64,000 nt of DNA from contig OZ006978.1 of NCBI GenBank assembly GCA_963931155.1, positions 131,357-195,356 on the forward strand. The letters are read 5' to 3'. This DNA comes from an uncultured Clostridia bacterium (GTDB lineage: Bacteria; Bacillota; Clostridia; TANB77; CAG-508). A program made the translations under genes and the position numbers. The notes beneath the pieces were generated by a model. That model did no database searches, was not told where the DNA came from, and saw nothing but the letters and a program-made list of their open reading frames with translations. Shown in pieces: positions 33,755-43,683 of this stretch (position 1 is its first letter; each line of letters opens with the position of its first letter).

Positions 33755-34144
33755 TTATCTTTTTTCTCTTGCAAGCACTATTGTTCTATTAGTTTCATCA
33801 TCGGTACATGTTGATAGTGAAATTTCTCGTCTTCCATTAGTACTTCTCGTCATATAATCTGTATCAGATGAATCTGTTGTAAATTTGTCATATACTTCAT
33901 ATGTAATTGTTCTACCTTTTTCATCTGAAATCAAAATCTTATCACCGTTTTTTAAGTTTTTATTATTTGAAAATAATTTTCCATCTCCATAGTTATGTCC
34001 TATTAGCACAACATTTCCTGGTTCATTTAATTTAGATGGATCATTTGGATACATCATAACTATTGCTTTTTCCATGTTTTCAACAGATATGACCTTTGAA
34101 ATCCTGTATTTTATATTGCTCACAGGAATTTCAATTGTACCTAT
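33755..34144 (-). CDS. sortase catalytic domain (His/Cys/Arg triad) with no own start, in-frame continuation of 34145-35920 after a single TGA
   Basis: IGTIEIPVSN...VVLIGHNYG...ISLSTCT...RTIVLAR; the first sortase codon directly abuts the TGA at 34145-34147 and there is no RBS. Confidence 0.6.
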   Translation of the reverse strand: MGTIEIPVSNIKYRISKVISVENMEKAIVMMYPNDPSKLNEPGNVVLIGHNYGDGKLFSNNKNLKNGDKILISDEKGRTITYEVYDKFTTDSSDTDYMTRSTNGRREISLSTCTDDETNRTIVLAREKR

Positions 34145-35920
34145 TCATTGATCTGTAGTATCAACTCCATTTTGTTCTGTTTGTTGCCCATCTTCTTGCT
34201 GAACTACAATTGCTTCATTTCCTTCTATTCCTATAGTTGCCATTTTTTCATCTAATACTTGTTTAAATGCTTCCATCCATTGTGTTATAAATGTTGTAAA
34301 CTGGTTAGCATCGTAATTATTTGCTATTACAGTATTAGAGTCATTTAATTCTTGTATAGGTTCAACCTGAGATGTAGCTACAGTGTTTGTTGTAAAATCA
34401 ATTGTTGTCGTACTGCTGGTTGTTTGATTATTAGTTGTTAAAGTAATATTATATGCATTGTTCATAGTGTTATTTGTTACCGCGCTCATATCATAAGTTA
34501 AACTTATATTGTTTGTGTATTCGCTATTAATGTTTGGAATAAATGTTATATTATTACTTGTATTTTGTTCGTTTGTAATTTTAGTTATAACAAGTCTCGA
34601 TACTTCTTGGCTTGATTCATCTTCTGTGGTAGTTGTTGCATTTAAGTCTATTACATTAGAAGTTTCTGTGTTAGTTGCATCATCTAATATTTGATTTTCT
34701 TCATCAGCAATGTTTTCTTCCGTTTGGTCTTCAGTCGTATTTTCTTCGGAAACTAAATTTTCTGATACTATATTTGATTCATTTGTTGTTATTTCGGAAG
34801 TCTCATCAACTGTTGTCATATTTCCATCTACATTATTTTCTAATTCGTTTGATGTTTGCATGTTATTTTGATTTGTACTACTTGTTATTTTTTCTATAGC
34901 ACCTTGTGTATAATCTATTGTAAGAATTTGTTTTCCACTTAATCTATCATATGTTATCTTGACAAGGTTTTCTATATCCACAACTGTTCTTATTGTTTCA
35001 TCATAATTTTCATATACATATATTGTAGTAGTATTATTTGAAAAGTCTGCACTGTTAATTGTTTCTATTATATTGTTAATTTTCATAGTAAGGTTAGTCA
35101 TATCTGTGTATTCCACACCCATATTCAATGTTGATGCCTTGTTGCTAAGCATTACCATTGTTTCTGTATCTGATTTCAATGCATTTAAGCAATCAATTAT
35201 AATTTGTTTTAATTGATCTCCTGTGAATTGTACTGCATACACATTTGCATTATATGTTTCGCCATCTATTTGTACATCTTGATTTGTTTTTGCATAATTA
35301 TCTTTACTTATACTGTTTTGTATTATTGGTATATATGTTTCATATATATGCTGTTTCTGTTCATCTGTTAATTCAAAAACATTTGAGTAGTCATCCATAA
35401 CAATTGTATCCGGTACTACATCTGTAGAAATATTGTATTTTGCTGCTAATTGTTTTAATCCTGCATTTCTAAAACCAACATATGTATCTAAAACATCACT
35501 TGATTTTATTGCATATATATCTCCATTAGTTTGATCTGCACATTTTATAAATGATACATTAAATAAATTTATGTCTCCATTTTTTAATGTTGCATCTGCA
35601 TATGTTCTTCCATTAGTTATATCGTGTCTTGCTGTTGTTGCAACATTGAATGTTTTCGAACTATCTGAGCCTTGAGTTAGCGAAAATGAAAAATTGCCTG
35701 TAGAGTTATATGAATTTCTAGATTTGTAATCTGTTTGAAAAGCTAGTTTGTCATTTTCTAATACTTTTGTAATATCTTTATTTTGTGCCATGTACGTCCA
35801 AAATTGTTCTTCATCAGATTTAAAAATATCAGTTGCAAAAAATAGTATTGCAAAAATAATTCCTATTAATACAACTGCCACAATTGGCACAACTATCATT
35901 AATATTTTTTTCTTTGTCAT
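34145..35920 (-). CDS. membrane-anchored Asn/Thr-rich extracellular protein (591 aa), possibly the N-terminal part of a sortase fusion
   Basis: N-terminal TM helix, long low-complexity N/T/S-rich ectodomain; stop codon TGA followed in frame by sortase domain. Confidence 0.55.
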   Translation of the reverse strand: MTKKKILMIVVPIVAVVLIGIIFAILFFATDIFKSDEEQFWTYMAQNKDITKVLENDKLAFQTDYKSRNSYNSTGNFSFSLTQGSDSSKTFNVATTARHDITNGRTYADATLKNGDINLFNVSFIKCADQTNGDIYAIKSSDVLDTYVGFRNAGLKQLAAKYNISTDVVPDTIVMDDYSNVFELTDEQKQHIYETYIPIIQNSISKDNYAKTNQDVQIDGETYNANVYAVQFTGDQLKQIIIDCLNALKSDTETMVMLSNKASTLNMGVEYTDMTNLTMKINNIIETINSADFSNNTTTIYVYENYDETIRTVVDIENLVKITYDRLSGKQILTIDYTQGAIEKITSSTNQNNMQTSNELENNVDGNMTTVDETSEITTNESNIVSENLVSEENTTEDQTEENIADEENQILDDATNTETSNVIDLNATTTTEDESSQEVSRLVITKITNEQNTSNNITFIPNINSEYTNNISLTYDMSAVTNNTMNNAYNITLTTNNQTTSSTTTIDFTTNTVATSQVEPIQELNDSNTVIANNYDANQFTTFITQWMEAFKQVLDEKMATIGIEGNEAIVVQQEDGQQTEQNGVDTTDQ

Positions 35921-35932
35921 ATGTTTAACCTC

Positions 35933-36691
35933 CTATAAACTTTTATTTATATTTCTTTGTTTAACAGCTTCATATATTATTATGCCAGCTGAAACTGATG
36001 CATTAAGTGATGTAACTTTGCCCTTCATAGGGATTTTTACTAAGAAATCACAATTTTTCTTAACTAATCTTCCCATACCGCTTCCTTCATTGCCTATCAC
36101 TATTCCTATTCCACATGTATAATCTTCATTATAGTAGTACTTCTTTGCCTCGATATCTGTTCCGCAAATCCACACATCATTTTCTTTTAAGTAATTTATT
36201 GCTTCATTTATATTGTTCACCCTCGCAACATTCATATGTGCCGTTGCTCCTGCAGATACTTTAGCAACTGTACTATTTACACCGCATGCTCTTCTTTTTG
36301 GAATTATTATTCCATGTACACCAGCTGTTTCTGCTGTTCTTATAATTGAACCCAAATTATGCGGATCTTCAATTTCATCCAAAATTAATATAAAAGGTTT
36401 TTCGTTTTTTACTTTTGCTGTAGCTAATATATCATCAATATCGCAATATTCAAATGGTGGCACTATAGCAATAACTCCTTGGTTATTTGGTGTTTGGGCC
36501 ATTTGATTTAATTTTGCTCTGTTTATTTCATTTATTATGACCTTTTTCTTTTTTGCTAATGCTATAATTTTATTTATTGAACCGTGTTTTTCTCCATCTG
36601 ATATATATATTTTATTTATATCTCTATCAGATTCTAAAAGCTCGAGAACTGCGTTTCTTCCTTCTACTTGATCTTGATATTCATCATACAT
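35933..36691 (-). CDS. rlmB: 23S rRNA (guanosine-2'-O)-methyltransferase RlmB (SpoU/TrmH family)
   Basis: ILILDEIEDPHNLGSIIRTAETAGV and SpoU motifs; GRNAVLELL substrate-binding N-domain. Confidence 0.85.
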   Translation of the reverse strand: MYDEYQDQVEGRNAVLELLESDRDINKIYISDGEKHGSINKIIALAKKKKVIINEINRAKLNQMAQTPNNQGVIAIVPPFEYCDIDDILATAKVKNEKPFILILDEIEDPHNLGSIIRTAETAGVHGIIIPKRRACGVNSTVAKVSAGATAHMNVARVNNINEAINYLKENDVWICGTDIEAKKYYYNEDYTCGIGIVIGNEGSGMGRLVKKNCDFLVKIPMKGKVTSLNASVSAGIIIYEAVKQRNINKSL

Positions 36692-37392
36692 ACTACAATT
36701 TTCTCCTTTATATCATAAACAAAATCTATTAATGAATTTATGAGTTTATTAAGTCCTTCAATATTTTCAATATATCTATATCTGCCTGATATTTCAAGCT
36801 GTATACAAGAAATATCAGCTTTCTCATGTATATACTTGCTAATTGTTCTTATAGAGTTTGCTTTAAACACTATATTTTCAACTATATTAGTAATTCCGTT
36901 GTTTTTAAAACAATTCTTTAAACTATCAACGATATACTGACTCTTTATATTTTTCGAATCGTCTGTACCAATTTCTATATTAAAATCATGCTCATCTTTT
37001 GCACCGTGTATATCTATTAGTAATTTTATATTATATTTTTTTATAGTATCAGCCAATTCTGCTTTATAAGTATTTCCTTCTATGTCGTAATTTGCATCAT
37101 CATTATTATTATAGGTTTTATAAATAGCATAACAATTTGTTTTTTCTGCAAGTATTTGAACTATAGCTCCTGTTTCTCCTTCTGCTGATCTTATCTTGCC
37201 ATTTCTTAAATGTTCTACGCAATGTGGTGCAGAAAAAATAATTGGTATATTTCCTTTTATTATTTTAAAAGATTTTTCTTTTTTTAGTTTTCTTTCATTT
37301 TCATTATTAAAAATTTCATTATTATATTTAATAATTTGTTCTTTTAAATTTTCTTGGTTAATTAGACGATTCTTTCTATTTATTCTATCCAT
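36664..37392 (-). CDS. N-formylglutamate amidohydrolase-like zinc hydrolase
   Basis: IIFSAPHCVEH...LLIDIHGA resembles FGase-family PHxG / DxHS signatures; 3' end overlaps rlmB start by 28 nt. Confidence 0.35.
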   Translation of the reverse strand: MDRINRKNRLINQENLKEQIIKYNNEIFNNENERKLKKEKSFKIIKGNIPIIFSAPHCVEHLRNGKIRSAEGETGAIVQILAEKTNCYAIYKTYNNNDDANYDIEGNTYKAELADTIKKYNIKLLIDIHGAKDEHDFNIEIGTDDSKNIKSQYIVDSLKNCFKNNGITNIVENIVFKANSIRTISKYIHEKADISCIQLEISGRYRYIENIEGLNKLINSLIDFVYDIKEKIVVCMMNIKIK

Positions 37393-37420
37393 TTGAATTT
37401 CTATCCTTGTATTTCTGATT

Positions 37421-37795
37421 TTATTTTTCTAATTTTTCTAGATGACCTTTTAACGGTATAACTCCCCATCCGACTAATTCATCTGCATAAGGTTCATATA
37501 TATCGTTTTTCAAGAAAACTTTTTTTCCAAAGTAAAACCCCATTGCAATTTCAGCAAAACTATTTGCTCCAATGTAATTCTTTTTTCCATTCTTCTCTTC
37601 ATTTATAATTAATACATAATCTGTTTTTTCATTTTGAATCTCTGAAAAATGAAGCATTGAGTGTTCTCGTTTTGGCATAGGTGTAAAAAACTCTTTTGGA
37701 ATTACAACTTCAAACCCTTCTTTTTCTAAATTTCTTCCTATGTTTATTATATAATCTTTAAATGTTCTACTTCCACATAAAACAATTCTTTTCAT
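37421..37795 (-). CDS. nucleoside 2-deoxyribosyltransferase-like small Rossmann protein (paralog 2)
   Basis: MKRIVLCGSRTF... N-terminus like 8905-9207; NDT-like core with acidic residue near FAEIAMG. Confidence 0.4.
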   Translation of the reverse strand: MKRIVLCGSRTFKDYIINIGRNLEKEGFEVVIPKEFFTPMPKREHSMLHFSEIQNEKTDYVLIINEEKNGKKNYIGANSFAEIAMGFYFGKKVFLKNDIYEPYADELVGWGVIPLKGHLEKLEK

Positions 37796-37837
37796 TTCAT
37801 TTTAAACTCCATTTAAAAAATTAAGCTCATCCTCTAT

Positions 37838-39649
37838 TTATTCTTCATCTAATTTTAATATTGATAAAAATGCCTCTTGTGGTATTTCTACATTTCCTAT
37901 TTGTCTCATTTTCTTTTTACCACGTTTTTGTTTTTCTAATAACTTTTTCTTTCTTGTAATATCTCCTCCATAGCATTTTGCTAAAACATCTTTTCTTAAT
38001 GCTGAAATTGTTTCTCTTGCAATAACTTTTCCTCCTATAACTGCTTGTATTGCAATTACAAATAATTGTCTAGGTATAACTGTTTTTAATTTTTCTACCA
38101 TTTTTCTTCCTCTTTCATAGCTATTGCTTTTATGAACTATAAATGAAAGAGCATCTAGACTTTCTCCATTTACATGGATATCTAGTTTTACTAAATCAGA
38201 TCTTTTATATTCTTTAAATTCATAATCAAATGAAGCATATCCTTTTGTTTTTGATTTCAACTGGTCAAAAAAGTCATATATTATTTCATTTAATGGCATT
38301 TCATATATTAATGTAACTCTAGTTTCATCTAAGTATTTCATATCAATATATATTCCACGCCTGTTTTGGCATATTTCCATTATATTTCCAACAAATTCTT
38401 TTGGTGTTAGAATTTCAGCTGTAACAAAAGGTTCTTCCATATATGATATTTCGCTTGTAGGAGGCAAATCTGCTGGGTTATATAAATCTATAACTTCACC
38501 ATCTGTTTTATGTACTTTATAAATAACTGATGGTGATGTTGTAATTAATCCTAAATCAAATTCTCTATCTAGTCTTTCTTCTATTATTTCTAAATGAAGA
38601 AGTCCTAAAAAACCACATCTGAATCCAAAGCCTAAAGCTCCTGATGATTCTGGTTCAAATTCTAAAGCTGCATCATTTAACTTTAATTTTTCTAATGCTA
38701 CTTTTAAATTTTCATAATCGCTACCATCTATCGGATAAATTCCACAATACACCATTGGATTTACTTTTTTATATCCAGGTAATGGTTCTTTAGCTGGTCT
38801 TGCTTTGTTTGTAATTGTATCACCAACTCTAATGTCTTGCAGACTCTTTATACTTGCTGCAATATATCCAACTTCACCTGCTTGTAATTTATCACATGGA
38901 TTATATGAACCTGGCTCAAAATATCCAACTTCTGTTACAGTAAAAGATTTTTTATTAGACATAAGCATTATCTCATCTCCAACTTTTACTTGGCCATCTT
39001 TTACCCTAACATATGCTATAGCTCCTTTATAATCATTATATATAGAGTCAAATATTAAGCACTTAAGTTCAGCATTTTCATCACCAGTTGGTGCAGGAAG
39101 GTCTTGTACTATTCTTTCAAGCACTTGATCCACATTAAGTCCTGTTTTTGCAGAAATACAAGGTGCATCTTCTGCAGGTATTCCTATTATATCTTCAATT
39201 TCTTCTTTTACTTCATCTGGTCTAGCATTTGGCAAATCCACTTTATTTATAACAGGCAAAATTTCCAAATTATTATCTATAGCTAAATACACATTTGCAA
39301 GAGTTTGTGCTTCCACTCCTTGTGTACTATCTACAACTAAAACTGCCCCATCACATGCTGCTAAACTTCTTGAAACTTCATAATTAAAATCAACATGTCC
39401 TGGTGTATCTATTAAATTAAGCTCATATTCATGTCCATCTTTCGCTTTATACATCATTTTGACAGCTTGAGATTTAATTGTAATTCCTCTTTCTCTTTCT
39501 ATGTCCATATTATCTAAAACTTGACTTTCCATCTCACGACTAGAAAGAGCTCCTGTCATTTCTATTAATCTATCTGCCAAAGTTGACTTTCCATGGTCTA
39601 TATGTGCAATTATACTAAAATTTCTAATGTATTTCTTTCTGTCTTCCAT
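37838..39649 (-). CDS. lepA: elongation factor 4 (LepA)
   Basis: [22 protein letters not shown]1 motif, [12 protein letters not shown], LepA C-terminal domain; 603 aa. Confidence 0.95.
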   Translation of the reverse strand: MEDRKKYIRNFSIIAHIDHGKSTLADRLIEMTGALSSREMESQVLDNMDIERERGITIKSQAVKMMYKAKDGHEYELNLIDTPGHVDFNYEVSRSLAACDGAVLVVDSTQGVEAQTLANVYLAIDNNLEILPVINKVDLPNARPDEVKEEIEDIIGIPAEDAPCISAKTGLNVDQVLERIVQDLPAPTGDENAELKCLIFDSIYNDYKGAIAYVRVKDGQVKVGDEIMLMSNKKSFTVTEVGYFEPGSYNPCDKLQAGEVGYIAASIKSLQDIRVGDTITNKARPAKEPLPGYKKVNPMVYCGIYPIDGSDYENLKVALEKLKLNDAALEFEPESSGALGFGFRCGFLGLLHLEIIEERLDREFDLGLITTSPSVIYKVHKTDGEVIDLYNPADLPPTSEISYMEEPFVTAEILTPKEFVGNIMEICQNRRGIYIDMKYLDETRVTLIYEMPLNEIIYDFFDQLKSKTKGYASFDYEFKEYKRSDLVKLDIHVNGESLDALSFIVHKSNSYERGRKMVEKLKTVIPRQLFVIAIQAVIGGKVIARETISALRKDVLAKCYGGDITRKKKLLEKQKRGKKKMRQIGNVEIPQEAFLSILKLDEE

Positions 39650-39676
39650 AAAATTCTCCTCTATTATCCTGCCATA

Positions 39677-39705
39677 ATTATATTGATTTTACTATTTTTT
39701 GTCAA
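39677..39705 (-). promoter_or_regulatory. sigma-A promoter of lepA (TTGACA-N17-TATAAT)
   Basis: Minus-strand TTGACAAAAAATAGTAAAATCAATATAAT about 30 nt upstream of AGAGGAG SD and ATG. Confidence 0.65.
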
Positions 39706-39980
39706 CTAGATTTGTTATTGTAGGGATAAAATTTTAGTTATTAATTAACCATAAATATTTTAAAATCATTTGACTTTTAACGAAAAACAAGAATTTTAAT
39801 AAATATAGAACAAAGCGACGCAGTCGCCCTTTGTTCTTGCCGATTTGAGTTTCCGACGTCAAGGAGGAAATCTCAAAGGCAATAGCGAATATAGCCTTTT
39901 TATGTAATAGGAATTTCGGAGAAATTTCCTATTACATAAAAAACACCATATTTGTAATATGATGTTTTTTGTATATTTTT

Positions 39981-41498
39981 CTATTCATCCAAAACACTAT
40001 TAATTTTAGCTTTTGCATTTTCAACAGATGACTCATCAGGTAGCATGATATATAACTGAGTACTTCCCATTGAATATGTTGGACCAGAAGAACCAGATCC
40101 AGTTAAAGCATTTGTTTTTATTGTCCAAGATGACATATTATTTAATTGATCTTTTACTAAGTCGCTTATTTCACTTTGCTCTACATTAGTTTGGAAACAT
40201 CCTTCTAGTGATTCAAGTATACTTGTATATCTTGTAAGTAATGTTTCACTATTCATCACTTTTTTAAATATTGCTTCTATTACAGCTTGTTGATTTTTAA
40301 CTCTTTGGTTATCTCCTGAACCAAATGAATGTCTTTCTCTACTAAATGCTAAAGCTTCTTTACCATTTAGTGTATTATATCCCTTAGTAAAATGGTATCC
40401 TAGGCCATAAAAATCATAATCTGAATATACTTCTATTCCGCCTAATGTATCAACCAATTCGATAACAGTTGTAAAGTTAACTCTAACATAATAGTTAATA
40501 TCTATATCTAACAAATCCTCTACTGTAGTTACTGTTTCATTAATTCCATATATTCCTGAGTGTGTTAATTTATCTTTAGCACCTTTACTATGTAAAGTTA
40601 CATAGTAGTCTCTAGGAATAGAGGTTAATAATACTTCATGAGTTTTAGTATTAACAGTTGCTAATATATTTGCATCACTTCTTGCAACATTGCTAATGCT
40701 TCCAGATGTATCTATACCACTAATATACACATTGAATATACCACTATCTATTGTATATTTTGAATTCTTAGTTTTTACCTCAGCCTTTTTTTCTATTTTA
40801 TGTGTTGTTGTAAATATGATTTTTGTATCTTCTTTAAAGTTTTCAATTTCATCTACTAACATGTTATATTGTGATGAACTCGTTAATATAACATCTATAT
40901 CTTCACTTATTAAATTGTTGCCTATATCAGTTAAACTAGAACCGTTTTCAAATGATACATTGACTTCTTTTTCTATGTTATCCATTACATCTTGTTCTGG
41001 CTGGAATGTATAAACAGTATCTCCCGATATATCAGCTAATTCATTATAGCTACTTTCGTTTCTAACTACCACATAATAATCTTCTGTCTCTTGAACTTCC
41101 TGAAACATTGTTCCAAGGAAATTTGTTGTTGCATTAATATAGTTTGTTGCATAAATATATATGCATGAAACAATAATAGCAATAATTAGGCAAAATACAT
41201 TTATTTTTTTTGTTTTATGTTTTTTAGCTAGTCCAACACCTATTAATAAAGTAAAGATTACTATAGCTACTGTAACAATTGTTAAAATATTATTTGGAAG
41301 CATATTTAATTTTAGTATTGAAACATAAAAAACTATTGTAATTATGACATAGATTAAAGCTAATATTTTAAATGCAACACTTGCTTTTCCACCTTTTGAT
41401 TTGTTTCTAGAAGTGTATTTACTTTCTTTTTCGTATTCCCTTCTCATTTTTTTGTATGGGTCTTCACCTTGCATCCTTTTTGGTTGATAACTCATCAT
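39981..41498 (-). CDS. LytR-CpsA-Psr (LCP) family cell-wall glycopolymer ligase
   Basis: N-terminal TM, SIPRDYYV...VNFTTVIELVDTLGGIEV LCP core. Confidence 0.8.
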   Translation of the reverse strand: MMSYQPKRMQGEDPYKKMRREYEKESKYTSRNKSKGGKASVAFKILALIYVIITIVFYVSILKLNMLPNNILTIVTVAIVIFTLLIGVGLAKKHKTKKINVFCLIIAIIVSCIYIYATNYINATTNFLGTMFQEVQETEDYYVVVRNESSYNELADISGDTVYTFQPEQDVMDNIEKEVNVSFENGSSLTDIGNNLISEDIDVILTSSSQYNMLVDEIENFKEDTKIIFTTTHKIEKKAEVKTKNSKYTIDSGIFNVYISGIDTSGSISNVARSDANILATVNTKTHEVLLTSIPRDYYVTLHSKGAKDKLTHSGIYGINETVTTVEDLLDIDINYYVRVNFTTVIELVDTLGGIEVYSDYDFYGLGYHFTKGYNTLNGKEALAFSRERHSFGSGDNQRVKNQQAVIEAIFKKVMNSETLLTRYTSILESLEGCFQTNVEQSEISDLVKDQLNNMSSWTIKTNALTGSGSSGPTYSMGSTQLYIMLPDESSVENAKAKINSVLDE

Positions 41499-41538
41499 TT
41501 ACCTCCTTAGTTTACACGCTTTTGAAAATTACATATTA

Positions 41539-42228
41539 TTAAATTGCATTTTTGTAATTTTCACTTAAATCTTCTAGTTTTGGTTGTTTATAATTTACAT
41601 TACTTGATTGTTCATAATTTATGTTTTCTTTTAGTTCCTTTAATTCATCTTTTATACCTTGTTCTGATATTTCTGCATTATCTTTTTTCAAAACAGTAAT
41701 AATTGTAAGCCAAATGCATTTTAAATCCATTTTTAAACTTATATTATTTACGTAAATCAAATCATATTCTATTTTTTTAAATATATCTATTCCATTTCTC
41801 CCTTTAGCTTGGGCTAGTCCTGAAATTCCTGGTAATACTTTTGCTCTCTTTTTTTGCTCGTCATTAAAATATTCATAATATTCAGGTATCCATGGTCTTG
41901 GTCCAATAAAACTCATTTCTCCTTTAATGATATTAAATAGTTGTGGTAATTCATCTAAGCTTGTCTTTCTAATAAAATGCCCAACTTTAGTAACCATCTC
42001 ATCATGGGTTAAGTTGCTATTTAATTCTTCTCTATGTGTTTTCATTGACCTAAATTTATATGCATTAAATATTTTTAAGTTTTTTCCCATTCTTTTAGAT
42101 TTATATATTACTGAATCTCCATCTTCTAATTTTATACAAACTGCAATTATTAACATTGGGATGGCAAATATAATAATTAATATGATAGCAAATATTAAAT
42201 CTAATAGTCTTTTTATTTTTACATACAT
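41539..42228 (-). CDS. undecaprenyl-phosphate sugar phosphotransferase (bacterial sugar transferase, CpsE/WbaP C-domain type)
   Basis: YKFRSM, DELPQLFNIIKGEMSFIGPRP motifs. Confidence 0.85.
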   Translation of the reverse strand: MYVKIKRLLDLIFAIILIIIFAIPMLIIAVCIKLEDGDSVIYKSKRMGKNLKIFNAYKFRSMKTHREELNSNLTHDEMVTKVGHFIRKTSLDELPQLFNIIKGEMSFIGPRPWIPEYYEYFNDEQKKRAKVLPGISGLAQAKGRNGIDIFKKIEYDLIYVNNISLKMDLKCIWLTIITVLKKDNAEISEQGIKDELKELKENINYEQSSNVNYKQPKLEDLSENYKNAI

Positions 42229-42478
42229 ATAAATTATCCCCCTTAGTTCTATTATTAAATAATATATTTAAAGCTTCTTTTATTTTTATTTGTTGCTTGT
42301 CCGTGTTTTTGTATGATTTATAAATTTTTATTTTTTGAAAACATAAATATTTTACAGCATACAGTTAAATTATATAATATAAATTTTATTAATTCAACTT
42401 TTTTAAATTATAATTTATATAAATTTTTTCACTATGCATTTTTTAAGTTTTCTAACTATAGTAATTTTATTACATTCT

Positions 42479-43564
42479 TCATAAAGTATACTCTATTTCA
42501 ATATCATCTAAATCGATATTCTTTTCTGTAACTAATTTTACTATTTTTTGATTATCAATCATTAACTTATGCTTTTCTTCTATATTATTAGTTTCTCTAA
42601 TTAAGTCAAATAATAATTTTACTCTTACAGACTTATTATCTTTTACAGATTTAACAATGGTAAAAGTAAATTTATTATATTTTATTGCTTGATTATTTTT
42701 AGAAATATACATATTTACTAATATCGAATATTCTGCCATTTTATCAAACGGCTCTTTTGTAACACCTGTCGTGCTAATAAAATTTCCTAAAGAATAAGAA
42801 ACTAATTTATTATCTTTATATTCTATTGGTTGGATTACATGTTCGTGGTTACCTATAATTAAATCGACTCCGTTTTTTATTAAAAATTCTACAGTTTTTT
42901 TAGTCCTTTTGATTGGTTTTTTATTGTATTGTCCTCCTTCATGCATACACATGATAATACAATCAGCACCAATTTCTTTGTATTTTTTTATTTTATTTAT
43001 AATTTCCTGCCTTTTTTTCTTTGATGACTCATTTCTTTCATATACAAATTTTTTTAATTGAAAAAATCCTAAAATTGTAAATATTTTTCTTATAATTTTT
43101 ATAACTATGTTAGAACTTAAATATAATTTTCTAATCCACCAATTGCTTAATTCTTGTTTCTGAAACAAGTTAACTTTTACATTTTTATCTTTATTATTTA
43201 AATAAACGTTATTAGAAAAAGCATTTGTGCCATATGTATAAGATAGAATTGCAAATCTCATTCCATTAATATTATGAAGTTTCAGTTCCTCGTCTCCATA
43301 TGAAATTCCTGTGTTTTCAAGTTTTATTTTATTAAGAGAATCAATAGTTTTCTTTACTCCATCTATGCCATTATCTAAGCAATGATTATTAGCTGTCGTT
43401 ACTAAATCAAAACCTGCATTTTTTACAGCTTCTGCAAACTCTATTGGACTTGTAAATCTATACTGTTGATTTTTTATCTCATCATTGTTAATAGTTATTG
43501 GTGTTTCTAAATTTCCAACAATATAATCAGATTGATTTAAAAAAGTCTTTATATCTGCAAACAT
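42479..43564 (-). CDS. CapA/PgsA-family metallophosphoesterase-like protein; N-terminal signal-anchor segment is frameshifted upstream
   Basis: ASDYIVGNLE, TTANNHCLD, GNHEH motifs; a 27-codon ORF at 43581-43664 (MKRAKLTFSGDIML...) supplies the expected N-terminus in another frame. Confidence 0.7.
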   Translation of the reverse strand: MFADIKTFLNQSDYIVGNLETPITINNDEIKNQQYRFTSPIEFAEAVKNAGFDLVTTANNHCLDNGIDGVKKTIDSLNKIKLENTGISYGDEELKLHNINGMRFAILSYTYGTNAFSNNVYLNNKDKNVKVNLFQKQELSNWWIRKLYLSSNIVIKIIRKIFTILGFFQLKKFVYERNESSKKKRQEIINKIKKYKEIGADCIIMCMHEGGQYNKKPIKRTKKTVEFLIKNGVDLIIGNHEHVIQPIEYKDNKLVSYSLGNFISTTGVTKEPFDKMAEYSILVNMYISKNNQAIKYNKFTFTIVKSVKDNKSVRVKLLFDLIRETNNIEEKHKLMIDNQKIVKLVTEKNIDLDDIEIEYTL

Positions 43565-43683
43565 AATGTTAAAATCATACTTACCGATTTTCCTTTTTAT
43601 ATAAACTCATTGTTTCATTATCTAACATGATATCACCTGAAAATGTTAGCTTTGCTCTTTTCATTCCATTGCTCCAATCTTTT

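Noticed and set aside
33737-33769. Direct repeat GAACTTATCTTTTTT x2 at the sortase-domain stop
   Set aside because: Short AT-rich duplication overlapping the stop codon region, with no evident function
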